Of a stretch of DNA of 64,000 nt, positions 51,370 through 64,000 are shown piece by piece. Position numbers and translations under genes: made by a program. The notes beneath the pieces were generated by a model that was not told where the DNA came from, ran no database searches, and saw nothing but the letters and a program-made list of their open reading frames with translations. This DNA is from Rhina ancylostomus (Eukaryota), in NCBI GenBank assembly GCA_030265395.1, contig JARFYF010000060.1:11494507-11558506 (forward strand), written 5' to 3'. Within the stretch, counting starts at the first letter, position 1. Every line of letters begins with the position of its first letter.

Positions 51370-52859
51370 ATAATTGTCCTGCAGACCAGTCAAACAACAG
51401 CCTGACCTGGTCATATTTACAGATTTGTACCTTTAAGGCAGTGTGCCAGACTCTTCCAACACAATCCTTGAGTAGTGCTATCTTTCTGGCAGGACTGACT
51501 GACCCATCAGAGGTGATGGTCTAGTGTTGTGCAGCCAAGACAGTTAGCCCTGGGAATCCTCAACATTAACCCCAGATCCCATGAAGTCTCATGGCATCAG
51601 ATGAACCGAGTGCATGCCAACCTCGTGATTACCATATACCACCCTCTGTCAATGATGAATCAGTGCTCCTCCATAGCAATGGCAGCTATGTTCACCCAGA
51701 AGGGCCAATTAGATGATGCCAGTCTTCAGCAGTTGGCTTCACATGAAATCAAGAAAACACAGAGCACTGAATTTTGCAAAGGGACCAGACGATATCCTGA
51801 GCAAAATGCAAACTGCTGGAGGAACTCAGCAGGTCAGACAGCATCTGTTGAGAGAAATGGATGGTTGATGTTTCAGGTTGAATTCCTTCATCTGGACTGC
51901 AAGAGTAGACAGGAGATGAGAGGGGGGAAGGGTTAGGGCAACAACTAGCAAGTGATAGGTGGATCCAGCTGAGGTGGGGTTGATTGGCAGATGGAGTCAG
52001 GTGGAGGAGGGAAGGGTGGGGATAGCGACAGAGGCTGGGAGGTGATTGGTGGAGGCAACAAAGGGCTTCAGATAATGGAATCTGATAGGAAAGGAAGGTG
52101 GAGCATGGAACTGAATAAGGGAGGTGGGAGGGCAGATGGGAACAGTGGGGGGAGGGGACTTGGTGGGAGGAGTGTGTGGGTGATGGGCAGATGGAGTTGT
52201 GGAGGAGGGGAAATAAACAGGGTGATAGGGGGCCGGGAGGTGGACAAAGAACATTTTACAGTTCATTCTTGCTGTTTTTTCACACAAAGGTGGAGAGAAA
52301 AAGATAGGGAAGGGATGAATACATCCTCAACCATGTTTTTATATTTCTTTATTTTTCAGGATCTGGACATCACTGGCAAGTCCAGAATTTATTGTCCATT
52401 TGTAAATGCCTGTGAACAGGGCATTTAAGAGTAATTCATATTGGTGTGTCTGGAGTCACATATAACCAGGACTGGGCAAGGACAGCAGGTTCCTCCCTCT
52501 GGGGTATTAGTGAACCAGATTATTTTTTTAAATAACCTGGTAGTTTTGTGTTCACCATTACTAACGAAAAGGGTAATTTTTTTTTTGTGCCAGATTATTA
52601 AAAGAATTCAAATTCCAGAGTAGGATTTGAACTTTGGTCTACTGGATCACAGGCCAAAGTCAAGTCATTTACCCACGGTGCCACCACAGCACCCAATCAG
52701 TCAAAGGAAGGGTGGCTGAAATCCTAGTCAAGGAGATACCAGTGGTATTGGTTATTAAAGCGGGGGAGGGAAGCCAAGTGGGGGAGAGTTTATAGACAGA
52801 GACCGAGAGTGAGATCCATGGGATCATGAATTCTGCCATCAATGGTGGGGCAGACAGAA

Positions 52860-53210
52860 GCAGTACATAGAATAGTACAGCTCAGGAATAGGCCTTTTGG
52901 TCCACCATGTGCTCGCCATGATGCCAATCTAACTAACCCCATCTGCCTGCACATGGTCTATATCCCTCTACTCCCTGCTGTTTATGTGTCTGTCTAAATG
53001 CCTGTTAAACCTGTATCCACCACCTCCCCTGACAGCACGTTTCAGGCACCTACCACTCTCTGCATAAAAAAACGTTGCCTCACATGTTCCCTTTAATCTC
53101 CCCCCGCCCCCCACCTTAAACCCATATCTTCTAGCATTTGACATTCCTACCCTGGGAAAAAGACTTTGACTAGCTACCCTATCTATACCTCTCATAATTT
53201 TATATACCTG
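52860..53210 (-). mobile_element. CR1 LINE 3' end
   Basis: Minus-strand QVYKIMRGIDRVASQSLFPRVGMSNARRYGFKV. Confidence 0.85.
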
Positions 53211-54622
53211 ATGAGGACAGTCCAGATTCAGACTGGAAGGCCAAAGGTTGAAGGAAAGTTTGTGAGAGGGCACAAAGTGCCAGAGACAGGATGAGGCTAA
53301 GGAAAGGTTCTTTAACTACACCTAGCCTCTCACCCTCCAAGTCCCCTGAATATCTCTCTGATCATCTACCCTCTGTCTCTTGACTCACAGTTTCTATTCA
53401 CAATTTCTAAATGGTGCATTATTCAAGCTCAACTTCAATCCCGTCCTTTTACTCCATCGAAGCCTTCCTTGTTCAACCTCCACAACACCCACCTCTGCCC
53501 ATATCTTACTCCATCCACTGATGTTCTGATCCATTTGCAGATGGAGACAATTTTTTTCTGCTCGAGCCACAGGAGCCAGTGTAGGTCAGTACAAGACAAA
53601 CTGACCAATCTTGTGAAGCTCCTACCGAGTAGACCCGGGGTCAGAAGGCAGTACTATTTTAGTCATGTGGTGGAGGCAGAGGTCTTGCCGAGATGGGACT
53701 GAATTGATAATGATTAGCGGTTCCGTTGAAGTTCAGCTTGGACAGTGCACAGTTTGGAAATCAAAGAGCTATGGGTACAGTGGGGGGTGGGGAGATGGTG
53801 GGATGAAAAGTTGAGACCCTGTAGGTGATGGGACAACTGTGAATGTGAAGCTGTTGCCAACTGTGCTGGGAGAGGAGTTATGGACCTACTGGGCACTCTC
53901 ATGGCTGATGAGGCGGAGGTGAGGGAGGATTGGCTCCAACTTGGAAAAGGCCTGATTTATGGAATGATCCTGGTCTTCCTGCAACTCCCTGGGTGACAGG
54001 AGAGGCTTGAACACAGCATGGCTGAGTGTAATCAGTTCAATTGTCTTTCAACAGGAAAACTCCTGGCTAACTAATGCACATGGAGGAAGACTGATTCGAT
54101 TTGGGGGAGGGAACAAGGCTGATCCAGAATGTGATACATTGAAATTCTGGAAGTTAAGGGATAAGGAAATGAACTGACTACAGCACACACTAGAATGGAA
54201 ATACTGACAGAGATTAAGGATCCTGCTGGGATTTTAACACATTCTGTTTAACTTTATCCTACGATCTACGATTACTGAAGGATTATTGGTGTTATTCTTA
54301 GACTTGCACTGTGCTGCTGCTGCAAAACAACAAATTTCACAACATATGTTAGTGATAATAAACCTGAAAAAAAAGGGACATTTTAATTCATAGTCTTTGT
54401 GGGCTTGAGTTGTCTCTCTGTAGGAACCATCTTCATTGACATTGCTCCACTATGTATCTTTATCCCATTTTATGAATTCTCTCGTTCTGCTCCTGACTCT
54501 TGCTAAGTTGCAGATCCCACAACCACAGCTTGGTGTGAAGGTTCTTGCCTCAAAGACTGGGCTCCAGTTGTCTTGGTCCCCTTGGCCATTTGCACTACAA
54601 TGGACTACTTTTTTGTTCTAAC

Positions 54623-54699
54623 TGTCATGGTTCCGAGTACTGGCCCTCAATTTGGCTCCTTTGATGCCTTGTTGTACAGCACATGGATTCCATGCTGGA
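54623..54699. mobile_element. Second copy of the LTR at 2648, truncated by a gap
   Basis: tgtcatggttccgagtactggccctcaatttggctcctttgatgccttgttgtacagcacatgg is nearly identical to 2648-2724. Confidence 0.85.
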
Positions 54700-54799
54700 N
54701 NNNNNNNNNNNNNNNNNNNNNNNNNNNNNNNNNNNNNNNNNNNNNNNNNNNNNNNNNNNNNNNNNNNNNNNNNNNNNNNNNNNNNNNNNNNNNNNNNNN

Positions 54800-55680
54800 G
54801 CTGGTGATGGGATTACGTTGTAGCTGGTGGAATTGTTGAAGAATGAAGTTCTGGGTGCGTAGGTTGGTGGGGTGAAAGGTAAGGACCAAGAAAATCCCTG
54901 TTCTGTCTGTGGGGGGGGGGTGGTAAGAGGAAAAAGTCCGGAAATGGAGGAGAAGTGGGTGAGTGCTCCATCGACCACAGTGGGGGTGAAGTCCCATTTC
55001 CTGAAGAAGAAGGACATCTCAGATATCCTGGAGTGGAAGGCCTCATCTCAAGAACAGATATGGGGGAGATGGAGAAACAGAGAGAAAGGAATGGTGTCTT
55101 TTCCTACAAGGTGGGAGGAGGTGTAATCTCGGTTGCTGTGGGAATCAATGGATTTGTAGTAAATGTCAGTGGGTAGTTTGTCTCCTGAGATGGAGACAGA
55201 GAGATTCAGAAAGGGGAGATTCAGAAATCGTCCAAGTGAATTTGAGGGCAGGTTGGAAGTTGGTAGTGAAATTGAGTTCCACGTGGATGCAGGAAGCAGC
55301 ACCCCAATGCATTTGTCGATGTAGCAGAGAAAGAATTGGGGAGCAGTGCCAGAGTAGGTTTGGAACAAAGACTGCTCCAAGTAGCCAACGAAAAGGCAGG
55401 TGTAGTTCAGACCTATGTGAGTGCCCATGGCTTTGATTTGCAGAAAGTGAGAGGAATAAAAAGAGTTGTTCAGAGCAAGTAGAAGCTCTGCGAGGCAGAG
55501 GAAAGTGTTAGTGGCGGGAAGCTGGTTGAATCTGTTTCAGAAAGAAATGGACAACCCTAAGACCCTTTTGATGGAGAATTGAAGTGTGCAGTTGAAGTGG
55601 ATGTTGTTAAAATAGTGAAGAGCATGCAGGATGTCCTGCATGTAGGTAGGAAGGGACTGGACAAGAGGGTGTTGCTTTTC
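54800..55680 (-). mobile_element. Penelope-like retroelement RT fragment
   Basis: MGTHIGLNYTCLFVGYLEQ, FLCYIDKC (degenerate RYIDD), TDIYYKSIDSH..DYTSSH..IPFSLFL and LVLTFHPTN are PLE RT and thumb motifs. Confidence 0.88.
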
Positions 55681-56129
55681 CTCTAATTTGCATTTGGCCA
55701 TACCCTGTTTTTTACTGTTACTCTAGTGTGTGATCCTGCCAAATTTGCCTCAAGCCATACTGTTCCTGCAGAGTTACATAGTGAACACTGGCATCTACCT
55801 AACGATATGGAAAATTGTCAAAGTTTGTCTTGTTGACAAAAAGTAAACTAGAACAAATACGATGTCTCCGTCATCAACAGTCTGTCAGGTGGCACTTGAC
55901 CATTAACCTGCGGCAGTCAAGTCAAGTTTATAGTCATGTGCACAAGTATGGTGAGCTACAGGTACAATGAAACAGCATCAATGACAACAAACAGAAAATA
56001 TAATACACATAAATTATGCACAAATTATTCATAAATCATACAAGACAGTGAAGAAAGAGAGGAAGAAAGTGTGCAAAAACAAGTCCTTAATGCAGAAAAA
56101 GTGCACTGCTAACACTTTTTTCTAGGATT

Positions 56130-56990
56130 GCTTGGTTCTAACTCTCATCACAACCTTGATCTAAATAAGGACCAACGAGTTGAATTCCAGAGGTAAGGTG
56201 AAAGTGACTACCCTTGACAGCAGAATTTGACCCAGTGCACCATCGACAATAAAACTAAAATCAGTTTGGTCATCGAGAAGAAAACACCCTAATGGCTGGA
56301 GTCATACCTTGCACAAAGGCAGATGGCTGTGGTTTTTGAAGGTCAATCATCCTTGGCCCAGGATATTACAGCAGGAGTTCTTTGGGGCCCAACCATCTTC
56401 AGCTCCATCATCTGTTCAGAAGTGGGGATGTTTGGTGACGGTTACACAATGCTCAATTCCATTTGTTATTTATTAGCAGATGAGGCAGTCGTGCTTGCAT
56501 TCAGTCATATCTAGACAACATTCTGCCACAGGCTGAGAGTAGCAAGCAACTGTTGTGCTACAGAGGTGTCAGCATGACCAGCCTTACTGTGGCTACAAGA
56601 GCTGATCACTGTTGGATTATCCTATGGTGAGTGACCCATGTCCCAGTACCACATAACCTTTCCACTATCAACAAGGCATAAGTAAGAATATGATGGAATT
56701 CTCTCCACTTGCCTGGATATGTGTACCTCCAACAATAGGCAAGGAGCTTGTCACCATCCAAGACAAAGCAAACTGCTTGAATGATATTCCATTCATCACC
56801 CTGAACATTCATTCCAATCACTGCTACTTCATAATCATTTGATCCAAATCCTAGAACACCCTCCTCAACAGCTTTGTTGGAGTGTTTTAAACAGAAGAAC
56901 TGTAATTATTCAGTGGCACGTAACCATCTTCTCAAGGTCAGATGTGGTTGGGCAATAAATGTTGGCTCTGGATCCTGAAATATGAATAAA
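56130..56990 (+). mobile_element. Degraded CR1-type LINE 3' part
   Basis: WLESYLAQRQMAVVFEGQSS..ITAGVLWGPTIFS..GMFGDG RT remnants. Confidence 0.75.
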
Positions 56991-59259
56991 TAACAAAAAA
57001 ATAACCCTGATTGGTCCTTAACATGAAATGCAATATGTATTTTACTTTTTTTTTCATCTGCTTATTACAAGCATATAAGAATAAGAAATAGCTTTTCCAG
57101 TCAATCAAGTATATTTTCTGTTTTTAGATCATATACCTGTCAACAAAAGTAAAATCCAAAGTAGAAACACCAAAAGTTGGAAATATGCAGCAACCTCTGA
57201 GACATAAGAAACATGTATCTCAATATCAAACCTTTCAAAGGCCATCAAGCCAATCCTAGTAGTTTGGTCCCAAGTTCTATCTCTTGAGTCCTGATTGCCA
57301 TTTGTAGCTTACTCCATCTCAAGACATGGCCATGGAACAGACACCTCCAGTGCATGGATCCCGTTGGTGCTGCAGCAAGTAAGCGCAGCCACAGGACTAG
57401 GGCTGGAGGTGAACACAAGATGAAAGCCTGGTCAAGCGTTATTTCACCTGTTTTTGGACACATTTGGGGAAAAGGCTTAATCCATCTTCACAATTTAAAA
57501 GAGAGCTGAGTAAAGAACAGAAAGGAAGCAGATGAAAGGAAACAAGAATATGAGGTTAGAATAATAATGGATCCAGACTAATCATATCTAACCTATGTAA
57601 CTTTGATATACTTCAGCTGTAATATGAAAATTATACAGCCCTTAATTTGGCCCTGAAAATGTGGGTCCTGACTATATTTGTATCACAAAACTTGAGAGCT
57701 ATAGTCATTAAAGAGAAGTACTATCTACTTAACTTTGTTTCACAGAAGGAAGTTTCATGTGAAAATCAGCATTTTGTTCTATAAATAAATCAGCTGATAT
57801 TCATGTGAATCTGTAACTAACCACTCGGTGAATTCACAGTGATTTTGCAGTTTACTTACATGATCTTTGTGTTGGAAAGACTTAAGTAAAAATGCAGAGG
57901 GTAGCTCCTATTTCATATCCACTATTAAAATGTTTCTGAGGTAGCACTTCTTGTTTAAATGAGCATCAGTCCAAAGTGGAATTTTCCCTTCAATGTTGAG
58001 TGTCAAGTCCTCTATATTATCTGTAACCCCTGCATCTCTGCCTCATGTGCTAGAGAGTTTGTGTGTAAGATTGAATTATTTATTTGCTGAATGTGCAAAT
58101 GACTCATTTCACCCTCCGTGCAAGATCCGCTGAGCTGTATTGTGTAGCTTTGCCTATAACTGTTGGAACAAAGTCTGTGCTGAGAGCAGATATTTCTGCT
58201 CCTCACAATGCAAGGTCCAGAGAGGTTGAGATCTCAATTAGTTGAGTACACTTGAAGGCCAACAATAACCTTCTAATTCTACTGTCAAAGTTTGGCCTGT
58301 ATCACACTTAAGGATATTATGAAGATTAATCTGCAGTTCCAAATTTTAGGTTAATCTTCATAATAGCTGGAAGACTCTACTCCTTCCCAACCATCAAATC
58401 CCATAACCATGCCCCTCACCTTGTGGTAATTGAGAGAGAGAGTATTAAACAGAATATAACTTTAACCTCTACAAACAAGCGGAAAGACACCATTAATCTG
58501 GATCATGAAGATTGATAATAAATTGAACATTTCAATTTCAGGTTTACTATCTATTTTGGGCTGGACCTAAAACAGATCTTTGGGCATGCTTTTTCTCAAA
58601 TTAACGAAGAAATAATTCCTAGTGTCATCATACTAAGTCAAAACCATCCCAATTTGCAGGAGATGAGGCCAAGCCAATGCCAATATATTTATAAGAAAAT
58701 GTTATTGACTTTAGTTTGACTAGATTTTGCAGATTTCATAAAATTAAATTGAGGAAGTTTTTTAAACTAAACTTTGCCTTCCTGTTTTCTTATTTACATT
58801 CAGATTATATGGTTTCAGTTTGAGAAAATAGACCCTTGCAAACCATTTATTTAGTCAGGCATGTAAGGTATGGTTTATATTTCACATTTTACTTTAACAG
58901 CTGAAAATCAGTGTGGAAAAATAAAGGTGTATTGCCTGAACATCCCAATGATGAAGCTTTCACTGCTGACTAGAACAAGTAAAGCACACTGGTCCAAGTA
59001 CTGCCATCAGCAAAATGCAATGATTGCTTGAGATTGTATTTCTGATGTTAAAGTTGCACCTATCCAAAGCAAGGGAGTTGGGCTAAGTGACTCTTCTGAG
59101 CTTTTACCGATTTACTTCAGATGCCTGTTAGTGACTTGGAGAAGAACACAGCAACTTCTGGTACTCTAGGCCTTTACACTCCTACCCAGCAGGAGTGAGG
59201 GAACGAACATAACTGAAATGCTTTTACATGGAGCTGGTAGAGACCTAATAGGCCTATTA

Positions 59260-60420
59260 GTCTCCTCCCATGTGACAAGCATCATGTCCTCATTATATAT
59301 TTGGTCCAAACAAGGAAGAAAGCTGAACTCCAGAAGTGAGGTTTGAGCAACTGCCCTTGACATCAAAACAACATTTTTGACTGAGCGTGATAAAACTGAC
59401 ATCCATGAGTCATACATTGCACAAAGGAAGATGGTTGTAGGTATTGGAGGTCAATCAAACAAACCTTGGAAATTGCTGCATTAGTACCTCAAGAAGGTGT
59501 CAACCATCGTCAACAACTTCAATGACATTCCTTCCATCGGGATATTTCTTGATGATTTCTCAATGTTCCAATTCCACTTATGCCCTTCAGCAAATGAAGC
59601 AATCTATGTCTGCAGGCAGCAGAGCTGGACATCATTAAGGCAGGGGCTGGTAAGTGGCAAATAACATTTATGCCACAAATATGCTGGGAAATGAACATCC
59701 CCAACAAGAAAGAGTCTAACCACCAGCACGTTTAGCAAAGGAACCGACACCAAGTCCTACACCATCAATATCTTAGGGGTAACCATCGACGAGCAACTCC
59801 ACCGGACCAGTTGCATAAATACCATGGCTACAAGAGCAGGTCAGAGGCTGGCTAACTAGCAGTGAGTGACTCATCTCCCAACTCTCTGAGCCTTTTCCGC
59901 CACCTGCAAGCAACAAATCAGGAATGTGATGGAATATTCCTCACTTGTTTGGATAAATTCTCAAAAAGCTCAACATTATCCAGGTCAAAACAGCATGTTT
60001 GATTGGTACCCCATCCACCAACATAAACATTCATTCCCTCCACTGTAGCTGTACAGTGAATAGAGTGCACTATCCATTTAATGCACTACAGTGATTCGCC
60101 CAGGCTATTGCGACAACAACTCACAATACAACAACCTCTACCATTAGAAGGATGAGGACATCAGACATGTAGAAACACCCCCACCTGCAGGTTCCACTTC
60201 AAGTCTTGTGCTATCCTGCCTTGGAAGTGTATCACCATTCCTTCTTTGTCGCTGGATCCAAATCCTTGAACTTCCTGCCCAACAGTACGAAGGGAACACC
60301 TTCACCAGACAGACTGCAGCAGCTCAAGAAGTCAGCTCACCACCTTCTTGAAGGCAATCAGGCTTGGGCAATATAATCTGGCCTTGTCAATGAGGCCCAG
60401 ATTCACAGACATGAATTTAA
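59260..60420 (+). mobile_element. Degraded CR1-type LINE 3' part (same family as 56130-56990)
   Basis: Shared gagtcatac..gcacaaaggaagatggttgt, gctacaagagcaggtcagaggctg and gtgatggaatattc motifs. Confidence 0.75.
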
Positions 60421-62346
60421 ATCCATCTAGTGATTGTCAGTTTTGAAAGATTGTCCCACATTTGATGCTTAGAGATAAAAATGTGTTTTCTCTGTTTGCG
60501 AATGTGCAGTGCGATAAGAATTTAACGACCCTGGTGAAGACTCCAGTCCTACAAGCATTCTGCAGAATATGGGAGCTTAGAATCTAGAAACTCTCAGCTG
60601 CCTGCAGAGAAGCACGTCGACACTGTTAACCTGAGCTGCTGTGACAGCCATTCAGAATGAGGAAGAGTAGGGCAGAAACAGAGGGAGGGTAGAATTGAGG
60701 CGTGGAGGAGGAAAGTTGGGGGGAAGGGAAATCAGGGCAAGAGAAGGGGTTCATCCATTTTTGTTGGGCTAAATATTCAATACATTTTACCCTAAACCCA
60801 AATTGGATGCTGCAGAAATCCTGCAGTACGGACATCCTTGCTTTAAGATAACATACTGTGGCTTTCTCCCATTTGAAAGCATTAGAAGCCAACTTCCCTG
60901 TTCACAGCCACTGTCTGAGCTCCCAACTGCTGCTCAGAGACGCATCAACATTGTTAAAATGATGTGTCTATGGCAACCACACAGGTTGCCATGTGGATGA
61001 GAGAAGTCGGGGTTGGAGGGAGCGGGAAGAAGTGGATAGAAAATGGAGAAGCTGGGGGAGAAGCAGAGGGTGGGGGGAATCAAAATGGGAAGGGGAGAAA
61101 TAGAGAGGGAAGAGAAATCAAAAGTGAAATTGTGAGTTAAGCGGTTCATTGATGGGTGATGATGCTCTCATGCAAAGCAATACCCAGACCCATGATCAGA
61201 CTACTCAGAGGACCACGGATTGTGGGACGTACATCATAGAAGCAGCAATCATTATGTACTGTCCCTATTCAAAAGCTCGGAAGGGCAGTCGGGTGGAACT
61301 TGGGAATCTACACGGGATTGTCAGCAAAAATGAAGAAGATGCCCCAGCAAAGGTCTTTGAATTAATGTATGTTTCCCATCTTTATGCACAAAATGTTTAT
61401 TTTACAATGTCTGTCAGTCAGAAGTGCATCCTGTAGATGTGCCAAAGACACTGGGAAAAAATCTCGCAATGAGGTGAACAGGAAGTTCCGAGTCCACCCG
61501 GGCCAGTTTCCCCAGAGAACGGGACTTTGACAAGAGAACACAATCACTTCAAGCCATGTGCAAATCATTTTCATTCCAGAATTATTCATAAAATACAGAA
61601 GAAACTATTTGAGAATACAAATTTCTGGGTAATATTGTCTGCTTTACTTCCTCACCCAGAAAAACAAAATACAGTGTTGATATAAGCAGTTGCAATAAAC
61701 TCTACTCATGTAAAGCATTCACAAGTTACTACATTCTGTGTTCAGAGGAAATAACTGACAACTGACTTCTCCCCTACCTAGCTCCTATTTACTTTGTGGT
61801 AAATCTATTTTCAGCTGTATCAATCAAAATACAATTCTACTATCAAGGGGTATTTTGAAAAGAAGAAGCACTGCCAATTGTGCTGGGTTGTGACAGGTTT
61901 TATATTTGGTAATTTTTCAAAAACCTCAATGAAAGAAATGCAAGCTTTTCAAAACCATTGCAATTGTGCCCAGAGCAAGAAAACTGTCTCCACCCACCTG
62001 GTCCATGGCTGTTCGGATGAGCTGTTTATGGAACCTTGTTGGCCAGACTGCTAAGCGTGCATTGTAAGATTGGATCAACGTTCTCTCGATTTGCTTTATA
62101 TCTCATAGTCCTGGGTTCTAAGTTCACAGAGCATGTTTCCCAAGTGTTTGCTGTTTGTAATGTTTCTTGTTGAGACTGAATGGATTACGCATTGGAACGA
62201 TTTTTATATGGGCTGCACAGCGAGGTCTGTGATCAACTTTTTGCTGCCATAATACATTTTTTAATGTGCCTTTTATGAACTCTGAATGGTATTTTGGAAT
62301 TTTTTTCAGTGATCCTGTCCAATAAGTGTCTTCCTTTTTGTTATAG

Positions 62347-62391
62347 GTAGAAGAATGTTATCCAACTCTAATGGAGTTCATATAAAAGCAG
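62347..62391 (+). CDS. IgV-GPI gene coding exon 3: stalk GRRMLSNSNGVHIKA containing the likely omega site
   Basis: Acceptor ttcctttttgttatag and donor CAG|gtaaga. 45 nt, open only in phase 1, matching the V exon. Confidence 0.78.
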
Positions 62392-62514
62392 GTAAGAATG
62401 TAAGGGCTTGGCTCGTTTTTCAACACACTAAAAAACGTTCTTGAATGTTTGAAATTACTAATTACTCTGATGAAATCCAAACTTGGGAACNNNNNNNNNN
62501 CGTCACTTCCTGGC

Positions 62515-63050
62515 ATAGAATCATAGAAATGTAAAACATAGAAGTAGACTCCTTAAGCCCACCTTGTCCATGCTGGCCATGATGCCTACCTACACTAATC
62601 CCATATGCCTGCATTGGGTCCATAACCTTCTACGCCTTTCCTATCTAAGTATCTGTCCAAACTTCTTCTAAATGTCATAATTATATCTGCATCCACAACC
62701 TTCTCTGGCAGCTCGTTCCATATAACCACCACCTTCTGTATGAAAAACCTACCATTCAGATCTCCTTTAAGTTTCTCCCTTCTCAACTTAAACCTGTGCC
62801 CTCTAGTTCTAGACTCCCCTTCCCCAGGAAAGAGATTCTGATTATCTATCCTATCTATGCCCCTCATAAATTTATAAGTCTCAGCTTCCTATGCTTCGGT
62901 GAGAATAACCCCAACCTATCTAATCTCTCCTTGTAATTACAAAACTCTATTCTAGGCAACATCCTTGTGAATCCCTCTGCACCCCGTCTAATGCCACTAC
63001 ATCCTTCCTGTGTGGAGACTAGAAGTAGAAACAATACAATCTAACTAATA
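62515..63050 (-). mobile_element. CR1 LINE 3' end
   Basis: Minus-strand ORF MRGIDRIDNQNLFP..SRTRGHRFKLR..WNELPEKVV..LDRYLD. Confidence 0.88.
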
Positions 63051-63451
63051 TTTTGTTTTGATTTTCCACCATCTACAACCCACAAATCAAGATGATGGTG
63101 GAATACCATCATTTGCCAGAATGTAGCTCCAACTGTACTCAAAAAGCTCAGTACTAGACAGGGCAAAGGGGCCTGTTATATTGACGCCCAAACATCCTCT
63201 CCCTTCACCATCACGTACCAAACTGAAATATGTACTATTCACAAAATGCTCACCCAGGTTATGCCGAGAGCTCCTCCTAAACACATGACCTCTTCAACCA
63301 AGAAAAATAAGGACCTCAGACCACAGCAAAGTCTACCACCTCTGGTTCCATTCCAAATCCCACAGCTACTTGACTTGGATATTTATTACTTAAGTGCTTT
63401 AGATTTTTTAAAAATCATGTATAATTCATGTGTAATTTTTGTTCCTTTCAG

Positions 63452-63516
63452 GTTCATTCTTTCTGCTACTCCCACTTTTAGTCGTCACTTGGAATTTGCC
63501 ATGGCTTTTATTGTAG
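63452..63516 (+). CDS. IgV-GPI gene terminal coding exon: GSFFLLLPLLVVTWNLPWLLL* (GPI-signal-type hydrophobic tail)
   Basis: Strong acceptor tttttgttcctttcag. The phase-1 frame gives an uncharged hydrophobic run ending directly at TAG with no cytoplasmic tail. Confidence 0.8.
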
Positions 63517-64000
63517 AACAGCAAATGTTGCCTGATTTCTGAAATATGAAACTCTGGAATTCTCAAAGAATTTGTCTTTTAGTGAATGTGCAATATAACA
63601 GTGAATACTTGCAAAACATGCTCCAGCTTAATTTCAATTGAAGTCATCTGACAGATAATCCTAAGCAGCTGCAATAATACAGTATATATTATCTGCAGCC
63701 TGATATATGCCTCATATACTTGTAAGCCTGATTTATTGGGCCATAGATTGGACTTTGGAAATTTCTGTTCATTTAGTCCATTGTGATATTATGGCATCCC
63801 AGCAGTATGTGAATCGTGATTTGTAATGGTTCTACACATTTTCCTGAGTTAAGCATTCATGACAAGGTAAGCAGTAACAAACTGTACCCTGTGAAGTGTG
63901 TTAGGGCGCTTTATTGTGCTCTAAATATGATGATCTTTTACACATTATAAAATAATTTAATTGTCCTGAAAATACTTAGATTTTTTTTGAGGCTATGAAG

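Noticed and set aside
61815-61908. Candidate exon LYQSKYNSTIKGYFEKKKHCQLCWVVTGFIF
   Set aside because: It is open only from phase 0 and would need a weak upstream donor (aag|gtgtat at 58926). The simpler all-phase-1 model explains the gene.

Overview
Repeat-rich vertebrate genomic DNA from a gapped draft assembly. It is very probably an elasmobranch (shark or ray), judged from HE1/V-SINE-like, CR1/HER1-like and Penelope-like repeats. Two things stand out. (1) A spliced + strand gene that the ORF track mostly misses. It has a CpG-island promoter near 17.1-18.4 kb and four coding exons joined in phase 1 (45165-45234, 49676-49975, 62347-62391, 63452-63516). These encode a 159-aa protein: signal peptide, one V-type Ig domain with 5 Cys, a short stalk and a C-terminal GPI-anchor-type signal, the same architecture as CD160 or Thy-1. 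(2) A degraded two-LTR endogenous retrovirus (6620-12337) with class III (ERV-L/HERV-S-like) gag/pol, a tRNA-Ser(CGA)-type PBS, a gamma-type env TM and no visible dUTPase. The rest is mostly nested transposons: a hAT Buster/Charlie element with a perfect 8-bp TSD, Gypsy-type solo LTRs, Rex1/Babar, RTE, CR1, Penelope with decayed minimal hammerhead motifs, V-SINEs and an intronic foldback element. All family assignments are from motif recognition by eye; no database search was run.
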